A DNA stretch of 64,000 bases from an uncultured Acidobacteriota bacterium (GTDB taxonomy: Bacteria > Acidobacteriota > Thermoanaerobaculia > UBA5066 > DATFVB01): the NCBI GenBank assembly GCA_963813155.1, contig CAWEYG010000006.1, positions 128,001-192,000 on the forward strand, in the 5' to 3' direction. The position numbers and the translations under genes were made by a program. This document shows, one piece after another, positions 29,988 to 40,935 of the stretch (its first letter is position 1; the number at the start of each line of letters is the position of its first letter). A model generated the notes under the pieces. The model was given only the letters and a program-made list of their open reading frames with translations. It ran no database searches and was not told the origin of the DNA.

Positions 29988-31241
29988 CTAGAAGTGCGTC
30001 CGCGTGCCGAGCTGCAGGCTCGTGTCGTTCGTCTTGTTGTCGACCGAGACCCCGCCGACGATCGCGCGTCCCGCCGTGACCTTTACCTGGATCGTGTCGT
30101 TGTTGCCGATCGTACGCCCGGGAGCAGGGACGTCGTCGAGTCCAGGTCGAATTCGTCCGCCCCGTAGGTCTTTGTCGAATCCGACGAACGTCCCGTTGGA
30201 GTCGATCACCTTGAACTCCAGGGTCGCTCCTTCGCTGAGCGCGCGGACGGCGATGTTCATTCGGGATTTCGTGAAATCCGACGGCGCCACGAGAAAAGCC
30301 GTTCTCGGCGCTTCGATGATGAATTCGTCCCCGGGTCGAACCATCGGCTCCGAAAATCCCGCCGTGCCGGCCGCGCCGCCGTCGTTGAAGATGCGCGTCA
30401 CGACGAGCGGCGCGTAGCTCGAGCTCGCGAGCACGTCGATGCTTCCGAGGCCGACGTCTCCAACGCGGCAACGATGTCCGGAAAATTGATGGACTCGCCG
30501 GCCGCAATCGAATAGCTCGTCACCGCATCGTCCGCGGGGGCGCCGTGGACGGCGAGGCGGAAGACCAGCTGGCCGTCGATCGTCTGATTTCCCGGGTTGA
30601 CGAGCTGCATCGAGGTCTTGAAGTTCGAGCCGGCGGCGCCCTGCACCGAGCCGACGCCGAGCACGATTCCCGCCCGGTTCAGACTTCCCGTGCCTCGCAC
30701 GAGGACGCCGATCGTCTGCGAAAGGAGGTGGGAGTCCTGCTGGTCGCAAAGCGAAATCGAGAGCTGTTCCGCTGTCCCCGTCGAACTGGAGCGTCTGGTT
30801 CCCGGCTCCCGTGATCATCTGGACGGCGCCGCAATCCTCGGCGCCGAGCTCGGTGATTCCGACGAGGTCCCCCGCGTTCAGCGACACGGGCGGGCGAGAG
30901 GGTGACGTCGACGAGGCCGCCCGGCGCGCTGAAGGGCCGCGCTCGTCGACGAAATTGAGATTCGTCGTGCCGTCTTTCCGGTAGAACTTCAGCATGAACG
31001 AGCCGGAGCAGGAGCTCGAGGCTCCTCCCCAGTAGATCGTCGCGCTGGAGTACGTTCCCGTCGCGGTCGCCGAGCGCACGAGGTCGATGAACGTGGAGCT
31101 GGTCGCGCGAAAACTCGGTCGCCGAGCCGAGCCCTCCGACCGTGGCGACGGTCGCGCTCGCGCCTGTCGCGGCGAGGGTAGAGGAAGCGCGGGAAGGGCG
31201 ACCGCCAGGACGATGGCCGTGACTCGAAATTGTCGGATCAT
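29988..31241 (-). CDS. Secreted hypothetical protein with the C-terminal shared beta-rich domain (several indels)
   Basis: AGGAGGAG SD; signal peptide MIRQFRVTAIVLAVAL; GSVQGAAGSNFKTSMQLVNP..TRIFNDGG..RMNIAVR..DNKTND. Confidence 0.78.
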   Translation of the reverse strand: MIRQFRVTAIVLAVALPALPLPSPRQARARPSPRSEGSARRPSFRATSSTFIDLVRSATATGTYSSATIYWGGASSSCSGSFMLKFYRKDGTTNLNFVDERGPSARRAASSTSPSRPPVSLNAGDLVGITELGAEDCGAVQMITGAGNQTLQFDGDSGTALDFALRPAGLPPPFADDRRPRARHGKSEPGGNRARRRLGAGRRRLELQDLDAARQPGKSDDRRPAGLPPRRPRRPRGRCGDELFDCGRRVHQFSGHRCRVGDVGLGSIDVLASSSYAPLVVTRIFNDGGAAGTAGFSEPMVRPGDEFIIEAPRTAFLVAPSDFTKSRMNIAVRALSEGATLEFKVIDSNGTFVGFDKDLRGGRIRPGLDDVPAPGRTIGNNDTIQVKVTAGRAIVGGVSVDNKTNDTSLQLGTRTHF

Positions 31242-31418
31242 GAATCTCCTCCTGTTTTCGTTTGCCGGCACATTATGCGCCCGCTTTGTCGGTTTTCGAA
31301 GACATAACCTTTTGCAGTTTTCGAACGGCCTTCGTGCCGATCCGGGACACGGCGGCGTTCGCCGCCTGCCCGTGACGATCCGAGACTGAACCACGGCTCC
31401 GACCGGGGAGCGGTCCCG

Positions 31419-31628
31419 TCAGTGTCGGTGTCCGGAGGGCCCGCTCGCGGGGCGCTTTCCGGAGTCGACGTTGATCGGGATCTGATACGCCGGGGAGGCG
31501 GCATCGGAGAAGACTCTGTGGCATCTCCAGCACGCCAGTTCCTTTTCCCAGACGTATCCGCTCGGCACGGAAACCATGTTCATCTTGTCGCAGCCGCTGC
31601 ATTTCCAGCGGACGAAAACCGGTCGCAT
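31419..31628 (-). CDS. Small zinc-ribbon-like protein
   Basis: 69 aa; WKCSGC..LACWRC (two CxxC). Confidence 0.6.
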   Translation of the reverse strand: MRPVFVRWKCSGCDKMNMVSVPSGYVWEKELACWRCHRVFSDAASPAYQIPINVDSGKRPASGPSGHRH

Positions 31629-31645
31629 ACGAAATTCTCTTGAAG

Positions 31646-31661
31646 TGCAAGAAGTGTTCCG
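31646..31661 (-). promoter_or_regulatory. Sigma54-type promoter
   Basis: CGGAAC-ACTTC-TTGCA, GG-N10-GC. Confidence 0.6.
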
Positions 31662-31720
31662 GGAGGGGAGGCGAAACGCTAGAATCGGACTGGCGGAAAA
31701 GATGAAGAAATTCTTCGAAG

Positions 31721-33649
31721 TTGGCATCTTCCGGAACGAGGGGACTTAAGTTGTCGGCAGCCCCTCCGGCAGCGGCGGAAACTCCTCCGAAAAAACCGAA
31801 AATCGAACGGCTCAGAGGCGTGTGGCCGGACCTCTGGGCGCTGATCCGCCCTCGGCGGCGGCTTCTCGCGCTCGGGCTGCTCCTGATGGCGGTCAACCGC
31901 GTGTCCGGGCTCGTGCTGCCCGCGTCCACGAAGTTTCTCGTGGACGACGTCGTCCTGAAGCACCAGACCCGGCTGCTGCTGCCGCTTCTCGCCGCGGTGT
32001 TCGGCGCGACCCTCCTGCAGGGCGCGACGTCGTTTTCGCTGACGCAGCTGCTGTCGAAGGAGGCCCAGCGCCTCATCGCCGAGCTGCGGGAGAAGGTGCA
32101 GGCCCACGTGGGGCGCCTTCCGGTCGCCTATTACGACTCGAACAAGACCGGCACGCTCGTCGCGCGCATCATGACCGACGTCGAAGGCGTCCGAAATCTC
32201 GTCGGGACGGGACTCGTCGAGTTCGCGGGCGGCTTGCTGACCGCGGCGATCGCGTTCGTCGTGCTCGTGCGGCTGAGCCCGTCCATGACGCTGTTCGCGT
32301 TCGTCTGCCTGCTCTCGTTCTCGCTCGGCCTCAAGAAGGCGTTCGTGACGATCCGCCCGATCTTCCGGGACCGGGGAAAGATCAACGCGGAAGTCACCGG
32401 CCGGCTGACCGAGTCGCTCGGCGGAGTCCGCGTCGTGAAGGGGTACCACGCCGAAGCGAGGGAGGAAGGGATCTTCCGCGCGGGCGTCGGGCGCCTCCTC
32501 GACAACGTCCTGCGGACGCTCACGGCGACTTCGCTCATGAGCCTCTCCTCGACGATGCTGATGGGGGTCGTCGGCTCCGTCGTGATGTACATGGGAGCGC
32601 GGCAGATCCTCGCCGGCACGCTCACGCTCGGCGGCTTCTTCACGTACACGATGTTTCTCGGCTACCTCGTCGCGCCGATCTTCCAGGTCGTCAACATCGG
32701 CACGCAGATCACCGAGGCGCTGGCCGGCCTCGAGCGCACGCACGAGGTGCTCAGCGAACGGCCCGAGGATCAGGACCCCGATCGCACGGAGACGCTCTCG
32801 GACATCCGGGGCTCGATCCGGTTCGATCGAGTCCACTTCGCCTACGACGCCGACAAGCCGGTCCTCAAGGACGTGAGCTTTTCCGCGGAGCCGGGGACCG
32901 TGACCGCTCTCGTCGGCTCTTCGGGATCCGGGAAGTCGACGATCATCGGGCTCATCGCCGCGTTCTACAAGCCGGCCGCGGGCCGGATTCTCGTCGACGG
33001 CGCCGACCTCGCGCGGGTTCGGCTCGATTCGTACCGCGAAGCGCTCGGCGTCGTCCTGCAGGAGTCTTTCCTGTTCGACGGGACGATCCGGGAGAACGTC
33101 GCGTTCTCGCGCCCCGGTTCGAGCGAGGACGAGATCCGTCGCGTCTCGCGGATCGCTCGCGTCGACGAATTCGCGGAGAAGTTCGACGCCGGCTACGACA
33201 CCGTCGTCGGCGAGAGGGGAGTGAAGCTCTCCGGAGGGCAGCGGCAGCGCATTTCGATCGCGCGCGCCCTGCTCGCCGACCCGAGGATCCTGATCCTCGA
33301 CGAGGCGACGTCGAGCCTCGATTCCGAGTCGGAAGCCCTCATCCAGCAGGGCCTCGCTCACCTGATGCACGGCCGCACGACGTTCGTGATCGCGCATCGC
33401 CTGAGCACGATCCGCCGGGCGGACCAGATCCTCGTCGTGGAGGCGGGAGAGATCGTCGAGCGCGGGACGCACGCCGAGCTGTACGCGGCGCGCGGCCGCT
33501 ACCACGACCTCTACACGCGCCAGCATGTCGTGGAGGGAAACCTGTTTCTCGCCCCGGGAGAAGGGGACACGATCGCGGAAGAAAAGAGCGGCGAGGCGAG
33601 GGAAGGCGACGTTCCGGATCCTGTCGATCTGATTCGCGGAAAGGCCTGA
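31721..33649 (+). CDS. ABC exporter, fused permease/ATPase (MsbA/Sav1866 type); start uncertain
   Basis: TM domain plus GSSGSGKST, LSGGQRQR, ILILDEATSSLD, IAHRLST. Confidence 0.95.
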   Translation: MASSGTRGLKLSAAPPAAAETPPKKPKIERLRGVWPDLWALIRPRRRLLALGLLLMAVNRVSGLVLPASTKFLVDDVVLKHQTRLLLPLLAAVFGATLLQGATSFSLTQLLSKEAQRLIAELREKVQAHVGRLPVAYYDSNKTGTLVARIMTDVEGVRNLVGTGLVEFAGGLLTAAIAFVVLVRLSPSMTLFAFVCLLSFSLGLKKAFVTIRPIFRDRGKINAEVTGRLTESLGGVRVVKGYHAEAREEGIFRAGVGRLLDNVLRTLTATSLMSLSSTMLMGVVGSVVMYMGARQILAGTLTLGGFFTYTMFLGYLVAPIFQVVNIGTQITEALAGLERTHEVLSERPEDQDPDRTETLSDIRGSIRFDRVHFAYDADKPVLKDVSFSAEPGTVTALVGSSGSGKSTIIGLIAAFYKPAAGRILVDGADLARVRLDSYREALGVVLQESFLFDGTIRENVAFSRPGSSEDEIRRVSRIARVDEFAEKFDAGYDTVVGERGVKLSGGQRQRISIARALLADPRILILDEATSSLDSESEALIQQGLAHLMHGRTTFVIAHRLSTIRRADQILVVEAGEIVERGTHAELYAARGRYHDLYTRQHVVEGNLFLAPGEGDTIAEEKSGEAREGDVPDPVDLIRGKA

Positions 33650-33684
33650 GCCCGGCGCTCTCTCGTGCTACCATCTCGCCGCAA

Positions 33685-34410
33685 ATGAACGATTTCCGGC
33701 GAATGCCGCGCGGAGGCGCGCCGTCTCGAAGCTGAGCGTCGTCATGCCCGTTTTCAACGAGGAGAACACCGCAGCGGAGATGATCCGCCGCGTGCGCGAG
33801 CTGCCGCTCGACGTCGAGCTGATCGTCGTCGACGACGGGTCGACGGACGCGACGCCGCAGGTCCTCGCGCGCACCCCGGGCATCGACCGCCTTCTCGTTC
33901 ACGAGCGCAACCGCGGCAAGGGCGCCGCGATTCGAACCGGCCTCGCGCAGGCGACGGGCGACACGGTCGTCATCCAGGACGCGGACCTCGAGTACGACCC
34001 GAACGACTTTCTTCCGATGCTCGACGCGATGGACAGAGGGGACGCGAAGGTGGTTTACGGATCGCGGATCCTCGGCCACAATCCCATGAGCCGCCCGTCG
34101 TTCTATTTCGGGGGGCGGCTGCTGTCGCTGCTGACGAACCTTCTCTACGGCACGCGCATCACGGACGAGCCCACGTGCTACAAGATGTTCCGGCGCGAAG
34201 TGCTCGCCGACATCGATCTGCGCTGCGAGGGCTTCGAATTCTGTCCGGAGGTCACGGCGAAGGTCGCCCGCCGGGGGATACAGGATCGTGGAGGTCCCGA
34301 TCCGCTACGCGCCTCGAAGCATCCAGGAAGGAAAGAAGATCCAGTGGAGGGACGGTTGGATCGCGATCCGAACGCTGTTCGCGATTCGGTTCTCGCGCGA
34401 CGCGTCGTGA
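33685..34410 (+). CDS. GT2, polyprenol-phosphate-sugar synthase (DPM1/ArnC)-like (indels near 33725 and 34283)
   Basis: KLSVVMPVFNEE, VVDDGSTD, NRGKGAAIRTG, IQDADLEYDP, TCYKMFR, EVPIRY..GKKIQWRDG. Confidence 0.9.
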
Positions 34411-37400
34411 GCTCCCTTTCGGCGCTGCGTCCCGCGGCCTCGGGGTCGATCGGAAGGGCAGCCGGCCTCGGTCTCCTCTTTTTCGCCCTCGCGTTCAATG
34501 CTGTGGAGCTCGCTCCCGAGCTCCGCATCGGCAGGGTGAACCTGAACGATTCGGTTTTTCACCTCGCGGCGGCGGAGAGACTGGGGCACAGCCTCGTCGC
34601 GCGCGAGCCGTTCCTCGATCCGTGGGTCTCGGAATGGTCGCTCGGGTATCCCGTCTGGCGCAGCTATCAGCCGCTGCCTCACCTCTTTGCCGCGGCCTTC
34701 GTGGGGCTCTGTCGTCCGTTCCTGGATCCTCCGGCGGCGTTTGCCGCCCTCCAATACCTTCTGCTCGTCCTGGTGCCGCTCTGCGCCTTCTTCGCGGCGA
34801 GAATCCTCGGGCTGGGCCCGCTCGGCGGGGGAGCGGCCGCGCTGCTCGTGCTCGCTCCGTCGGGGGCGGGCGAGTTCGGCGGTTTCGGACTGGAGTACGG
34901 CTCGTTCGTCTGGCGCGGGAGCGGCCTCTACACGCAGCTGTTCGCCTTGCCGGTCCTTCTGTTCGCTCTCGCGGTGGTCCGAAAGGCGCTCGACACGGGA
35001 AGGTATCGAGTGGCGTCGGCGTTCCTTCTCGCCGCGACGTTCCTTTCGCACATCGTGTTCGGCTACGTCGCTTTCGTGTCGGCCGCCCTGCTGGCGGTCG
35101 TCGGTCCCGCCGGCGGGCGGCGGGCCCGGCTCGGGCGGCTGGTCTCGATCGTCTTGCCCGCGCTCGCGCTGCTCGCATGGTTCGTCGTGCCGATGTTCCT
35201 GTTTCGGAGCGAGATCAACCACAGCCGGTGGGAGGCTTCGTACAAGTGGAATTCCTTCGGCGCCGGGCGGATCCTGGGTTCTCTCTTTTCCGGGACGCTC
35301 CTCGACGCGGGACGGCTTCCGCTGCTGACTTTGCTCGCCGTGGCGGCGGCGGCGACGGCGGTGCTTCGCCGCCGCGATCCGCTCGCAAGGCGACTCGCCG
35401 CGCTGACGATTCTCTGGCTCTCGCTCTTTTTCGGACGTCCGACGTGGGGCGTGCTTCTGCGACTCGCCGCCGTGCCTGCCGATTTTCCTCTCCATCGCCT
35501 TCAGGCGGCTTTCGAGCTCTCGGTGGTCCTTCTCACGGCCTGGGGCGTGGAGACGTGGTTCGGCCGATCCGGGCGTCCAAGAGGGGTGTCGATTGCCATC
35601 GCGGCCTGCGTGGCGTTCGCGTTGGCGGGAATCGTGTCCGAGCGGGCGCGGTTCCTCCGCGACAACACGGCCTGGGGAGAGCAGAACCTGGAGAGCTACT
35701 CGCGCGAGGGGGGCGATGTCCGGCGCGCGATCGGCGCAGTCCGAGCGATCCTCGGCCGGCGGCCGGGCCGGGTTTCGGCCGGGAAGGCCGCCGAGTGGGG
35801 GAGCCGTTTCAAGGTCGGGTTCGTGCCCTTCTACAACTTCCTCGCCCGGGAACACCTGGACGAGGCGAGCTTCCTCTACCACGCGATGTCGCGGACTTCG
35901 GACGCCATGGTGCTCCGGGACGAGAACCGCGCAGCCCACGACGACGCGTTCGGGATTCGCGCCGTCGTCGCTCCGAGCGATTGGAAGCCGCCGGCCTTCC
36001 TTCGGCGGGCGGGGATCTTCGGGCGATTTGCGGTGTACGAAGCCTCGGCGGAAGGGTACTTCGGGCTCGTCGATACCGCGGCGAGCGGGGGAGACGACGC
36101 AGACAGCGAGTACGACTTGAGCTCCGCCTGGCTCGAGAGCCCGTGGCCCGACGAGGGGCTCGTCGTCGAGCTGGGCGCCGGGGGCAAGGGCCTGCCCTCC
36201 GGTCGCGGCCGGTGCCCCGTTTCCCAGTCCTCCTGAGGGCCTTCTTTCCCCGCGCGGCCGGATCGTCTCGGAAAGCAAAGACGGCGAGACTTATCGCGCG
36301 ACGGTGGAGGCTCGCCGCGCGTGCACCGCCGTGGTGAAGATCACGTTCGATCCGAAACTCGCGGCGAGCGTGGACGGGCGCCGCGTCGCGACCTCGCGGG
36401 TGACCCCCGGCTTCGTTGCGTTGCCGTTGCCGGCAGGACGGCATACGATCGAGGTACGGTACAGGCCGGGCCCGCTCCGGCCAATTCTTCTGATGGGAGG
36501 TCTCGTACTTTCGATGGCGCTTTCAAGACGATTGCGGCGCTTCGGCGCCAATTCCGGCTCGCAGGAAAGCGATCCGGAGGAGCCGTCCGCCGCCGGGTCG
36601 GAGGTCCTTCCGGCCGCTCCGGCACAGGGTGAGCCCCGGCGCGCCGGCGCCGGTCCCACGGGGCCGGCTCGCGTCGCCCGAGCGGTATTTCTCGTGTTCC
36701 TCCTCGCCTATGTCGCCCTGAATCGGGGACATTTCCAATCCTCCGACGAGATCACCGTGTATCAGACGGCCCAGTCCGTCTGGGAGAAGGGAGATCTCTC
36801 GGTGAGCCCGCGCCTGCCCAACGCGAAAACGGGAACGGGAGGCAAATCGTACGGCGTGTATTCGGTGGGCCAATCGATCGCGGCGCTGCCTCTCTACGGG
36901 CTCGGCAAAACCGTTGACGGAGGCCTCTCCGCGCTCGGACTCGCGGGCGTGAAAGGCGCGCTGGCGGGCCCCAAGATCGAGATCGCTCCCGACTACCGCT
37001 GGGGCGGGGAGGTTACGATCTTTTTCGTCGGGCTCTTCAATGCCGTCGTGACCGCTCTTCTCTGCGCGCTTTTCTTTGCGTTCAACCTCCGGCTCGGCGT
37101 TTCGCCTCGCTGGGCGATTGCCGCCACGCTCCTGCTGGGAGCGGCATCCTATCCGGCCGTTCAGGCGACGACGTTCTTTCAGCATTCCGCCGAGGCGCTC
37201 TTTCCGCTTCTCGCCGCCTATTTCCTCTATGCAGACTCGCGCTCGCCGAGCTTTCGCTCGCGGATGGCGGCGGGGATCTGTGCGGGCCTCCTCCTCCTGT
37301 TCCGCTTCCAGGGGGCCGTGGCCCTGCCGGTGCTCTTCCTCTACCTGATCTGGACGTCGTGGCGGCGCGGTGCGCGGGCTCGAACCGTTCTCCGCGAGTC

Positions 37401-38772
37401 GATCCCGTTCGCCGTTCCCCTCGTGGCCGCGGTCGCCGTTCACGTTCTCGTCAACGCGATCAAATTCGGGCACTGGTCGATGACGGGCGCCTACGGAGAG
37501 CAGGTTTCCTGGTTCCACAATCCCCTTCTCCGCGGGCTCTACGGCCTCCTGTTGAGTCCGGGCGAGGGCCTCTTCTGGTTCTGCCCGCTGTTGATCCTGC
37601 TCCCCTGGACGATGCGATCGTTCTTTCGGAGTCACGCCGCGGAGGCGGCGCTCGTCGGCGGACTCTCGCTCTCGTACCTCTTCATGATCGCGAAATACGA
37701 CCTCTGGCACGGCCAGTGGTGTTTCGGGCCGCGCTACCTGACGCCGATCATTCCGCTCCTGCTCCTTCCCCTCGGCGGGTGGATGGAGAGCCTCGGAAAG
37801 CGATGCTGGAGGATCGTCGGGCCCCTCTCGGCGGCCGGCGCGTTCGTTGTTCTTCTGGGAATCGCCGTCAATTTCTCCTACGTCTATTACGACGAAGGGT
37901 ATTTCCGTGAACAGCCGCGCTATCCTTTCCTTTTCATTCCGCGGCGATCGCAGCTGCTGAGCCATGCGCGGGCGCTCTTTTCGATGGACAGGAGGGTCGA
38001 CCTCTGGCTTCTCAATGTCTGGCGGGGCTCCGGTTTCGGCGCGTTTCTCCTGGCGTCCCTTCCCCTCGGCGTCCTGATGTTCCTCGCGATCCGGGAATTG
38101 CGCCGGGCGCTCGCGGAATGTCCTTCCGACGCTTCGGAGGCGGGAAGCGCTCGATTGCTCCCCGGATCGCGCCTGCTCGGGGCGGCCGCCGCAGCGGTCG
38201 CGGTGGTCTGTCTCGCCGGAGCGGTCTTCTTCCGACCGGCGCCGGGCGCCGACGCAGATCGCCTGATGAAGGATGGGATGACCGCTCTCTATGACCGGCA
38301 CGCGCCCGAGGAAGCCGAGGCGGATTTTCGCCGCGTGCTGTCGGCCATCCCGAACCACTATGGCGCGACCTTTCAGCTGGCGCGCGCGTTGGACGCCGCC
38401 GGCAAGCCGGACGAGGCTCGCCTGCTCTGGATCCGGATGTTCTCGATGGCGGCCAACGACCCTCCCACGCTCGCGATCGTGAAGGAGAGGCTGTCGCAGC
38501 CCGACCGGGGTTCGTCGCCGGAAACGCTGATGAAATCGGGGATGGACCTGCTCTACGTCGCGCACGATCCCCGCCGGGCGGCCGACGCCTTCGAAAAAGT
38601 ACTCGCGGCGAATCCGGAGCACTACGGGGCAAATTACCAGATCGCGGTCGCGCTGGATCAGATCGGGCAGCCGGCGCGGGCGCGGGAATACTGGGAGAAG
38701 GTGCTTCGAATGGCCGAGGGCTATCGAGACGCCGCCACTCTCGCCACCGCGAAGGCGCGGCTCGCGCGGTGA
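34407..38772 (+). CDS. Large membrane protein: YfhO/PTPS-related GT-C, then a second GT-C domain and two TPR-like modules (indel(s) near 36200-36300)
   Basis: Multi-TM; NDSVFH..WxxxWSLGYP..YQPLPH; YfhO-like tail VDGR..PGFVALPLPAGRHTIEVRYRP; then GHFQSSDE..Q.AQS.W..G and WCFGPRYL; HYGA TPR modules. Confidence 0.75.
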
Positions 38773-40935
38773 TGGAGGAGGCGACGGCGCCGACTTCGTC
38801 GCGGCTCGCCCGCCTTTCCCTGTGGCTGTTTCTCGCCGTCTTCGTGTTCTGCGCTTCGCTCACGAAGGGACACTTCGAAGGTTCCGACCAGATGGAGCTC
38901 TACCAGACCTCCCAGGGCCTCTGGGAAAAAGGGACTCTTCACACGCTCGGAAGCTTCACGATTTTCCGCGACCGCTGGTTGAGCTACGCCCACACTTCCG
39001 TCGGCTCGGCCGTGCTCGCGCTTCCGCTCTACGGCGCGGGGAAGCTCGCGGACCGGACGCTCTCCGCGGCCGGCTTCGAGAAGGTGCGAAACGCCCTCGC
39101 GGGCCCGGTCATCGAGGTCAACCCGACGTGGCGCTGGGGCGGTGAAGTCCCCATCTTCTTCGTCGACCTCTTTCCCGCGCTCGCCGTCGCGGCCACCTGC
39201 GTGCTATTTCTCTTCTTCAATCTCCGTCTTGGAGTCGCTCCTCCGTGGGCCCTGGCGGGGGCGATTCTGCTCGGAACCTGCTCCTACCTCGCGTACAACG
39301 GCGCGGAGTTCTTCCAGCACCCGGCGGAATCGCTCTTTCTCCTGCTCGCCGTCTTTCTCCTGTCCGAGGACTTCCGCAGGCCGCGCCGGCGAATCCGTTG
39401 GCTCGCCGGCGCCGCCTCGGGCGCCCTCTTTCTCTGCCGCTACCAGACGGCGATCGCTCTTCCGGTTCTGCTTCTCGGCGCGACCTGGTCGTCCTCTCGT
39501 GCGGAGACTCCTCTGGCCGTCGGCTCGGCGCGATTCCGACGGCTGCTCCGCGACACGGCGCCGTTCGCGATTCCCGTGGCCTTTGCCGTCGTCGCGCACT
39601 TCGCCATCAACTATTCGAAGCTCGGTGTCCTGACGCTCATTCCGGAGTCCGCTTCGAACGAGCCGTTCCATTTCCACTTTCTCAACGGGCTCTACGGGCT
39701 GATCGCGAGTCCCGGCGCCGGGATACTCCTGTTCTGTCCGCTTCTGGCGCTGCTGCCCTGGACGATCCCGCATTTTCGCGCGCGCCGGCCTTTCGAGACC
39801 GCGCTGATCGGCGGCCTGGCGTTCGTATACCTCGTCTTCTATGCGAACTTCGACTACTGGAGCGGGCAGTGGTGCTACGGGCCGCGGTATCTGACGGCGC
39901 TCGTTCCGCTCCTCTTTCTGGCCCTTCCGGGCTGGATGGAGAGCCGGGGCGAGAGGGGATGGAGATTCGTGGCCCCTCTGGCCGTCGCGGGCCTCGTCGT
40001 CGTGCTCCTCGGAGCCGCGGTCAATTATTCGTATGAGTATTTCGCAGCCGGCTATTCCAACTACAAGCCGATGTACGGATTCGTCTATTCGATCCGCGAT
40101 TCGCAACTCGTGACCAACACGAAGGCCGTGCTGGCAGGCAATTACTGCGTGGACCTGTGGCTCGTTCAGCTTTCCAGAAGAACTGGCCCACGCGTTGCGT
40201 TCGTGGTCGCGGCGTCGCTGGCCGCCGTGTTCGGTCTTCGCGGTTCGGAGGGCGTTGCGCCTCGCCCGCGGGCTCTCGACGGAAGGGAGTCGCGAGTCGC
40301 TGCCCTCCGGGCGTTTCCTGAGGGGCGCCGCTTTGTCGGCCGTCGCTCTGTTCGTCGGCGGGACGGCGCTCCTCTACGCCCTGGACACCGGCTGGCGATG
40401 GTCCGACGAGCCCCGCGTCATGAAGGCGGGGATGGAAGCGCTCTACGTGCGCCACGACCCTGCGAAGGCGGCGGAGATCTTCCGTCGCGTGCTGTCGATG
40501 AGTCCGGACCACTACGGGGCGACCTTTCAGATCGGCAGGGCGCTCGACGAAGTCGGACGTCCCGACGAGGCGATGCGCTACTGGATCCGGATGCGCGCCA
40601 TGGCTGCCCGAATCGGCGACGGGGAGACCCTGCGCCTCGTGGACGAACGGCTGGCGAAGTCCTCGTCGGCGCCCTCCGAGACGCTCATGAAAGCGGGCAT
40701 GCAGGCGCTCTACGACCGGAACGATCCGGGCGCGGCCGTCGACCTGTTCCGGCGAGTGATCGCATCCAATCCCGACCACTACGGCGCGAATTTCCAGATT
40801 GGCGTCGCGCTCGACCGACTCGGCCGGCGGTCCGAGGCGCGGCCGTTCTGGACGCGGGTCGCGAACATGGCCCGGGGGTACGGGGACCCGAGCACCGAAA
40901 AGATCGCGCGCGATCGGCTTCTCCGGGAACCGTGA
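38769..40935 (+). CDS. GT-C-fold membrane glycosyltransferase with two TPR-like modules (indel near 40240)
   Basis: GHFEGSDQ, FFQHPAE, GLxxSPG.G, WCYGPRYL; paralog of the second GT-C domain of the preceding gene. Confidence 0.8.

Noticed and set aside
31721-33649. ABC exporter as a dedicated part of the glycosylation locus
   Set aside because: Generic MsbA/Sav1866-type sequence, and the downstream GT2 has its own -10-like box (TGcTACCAT); linkage is not supported beyond adjacency
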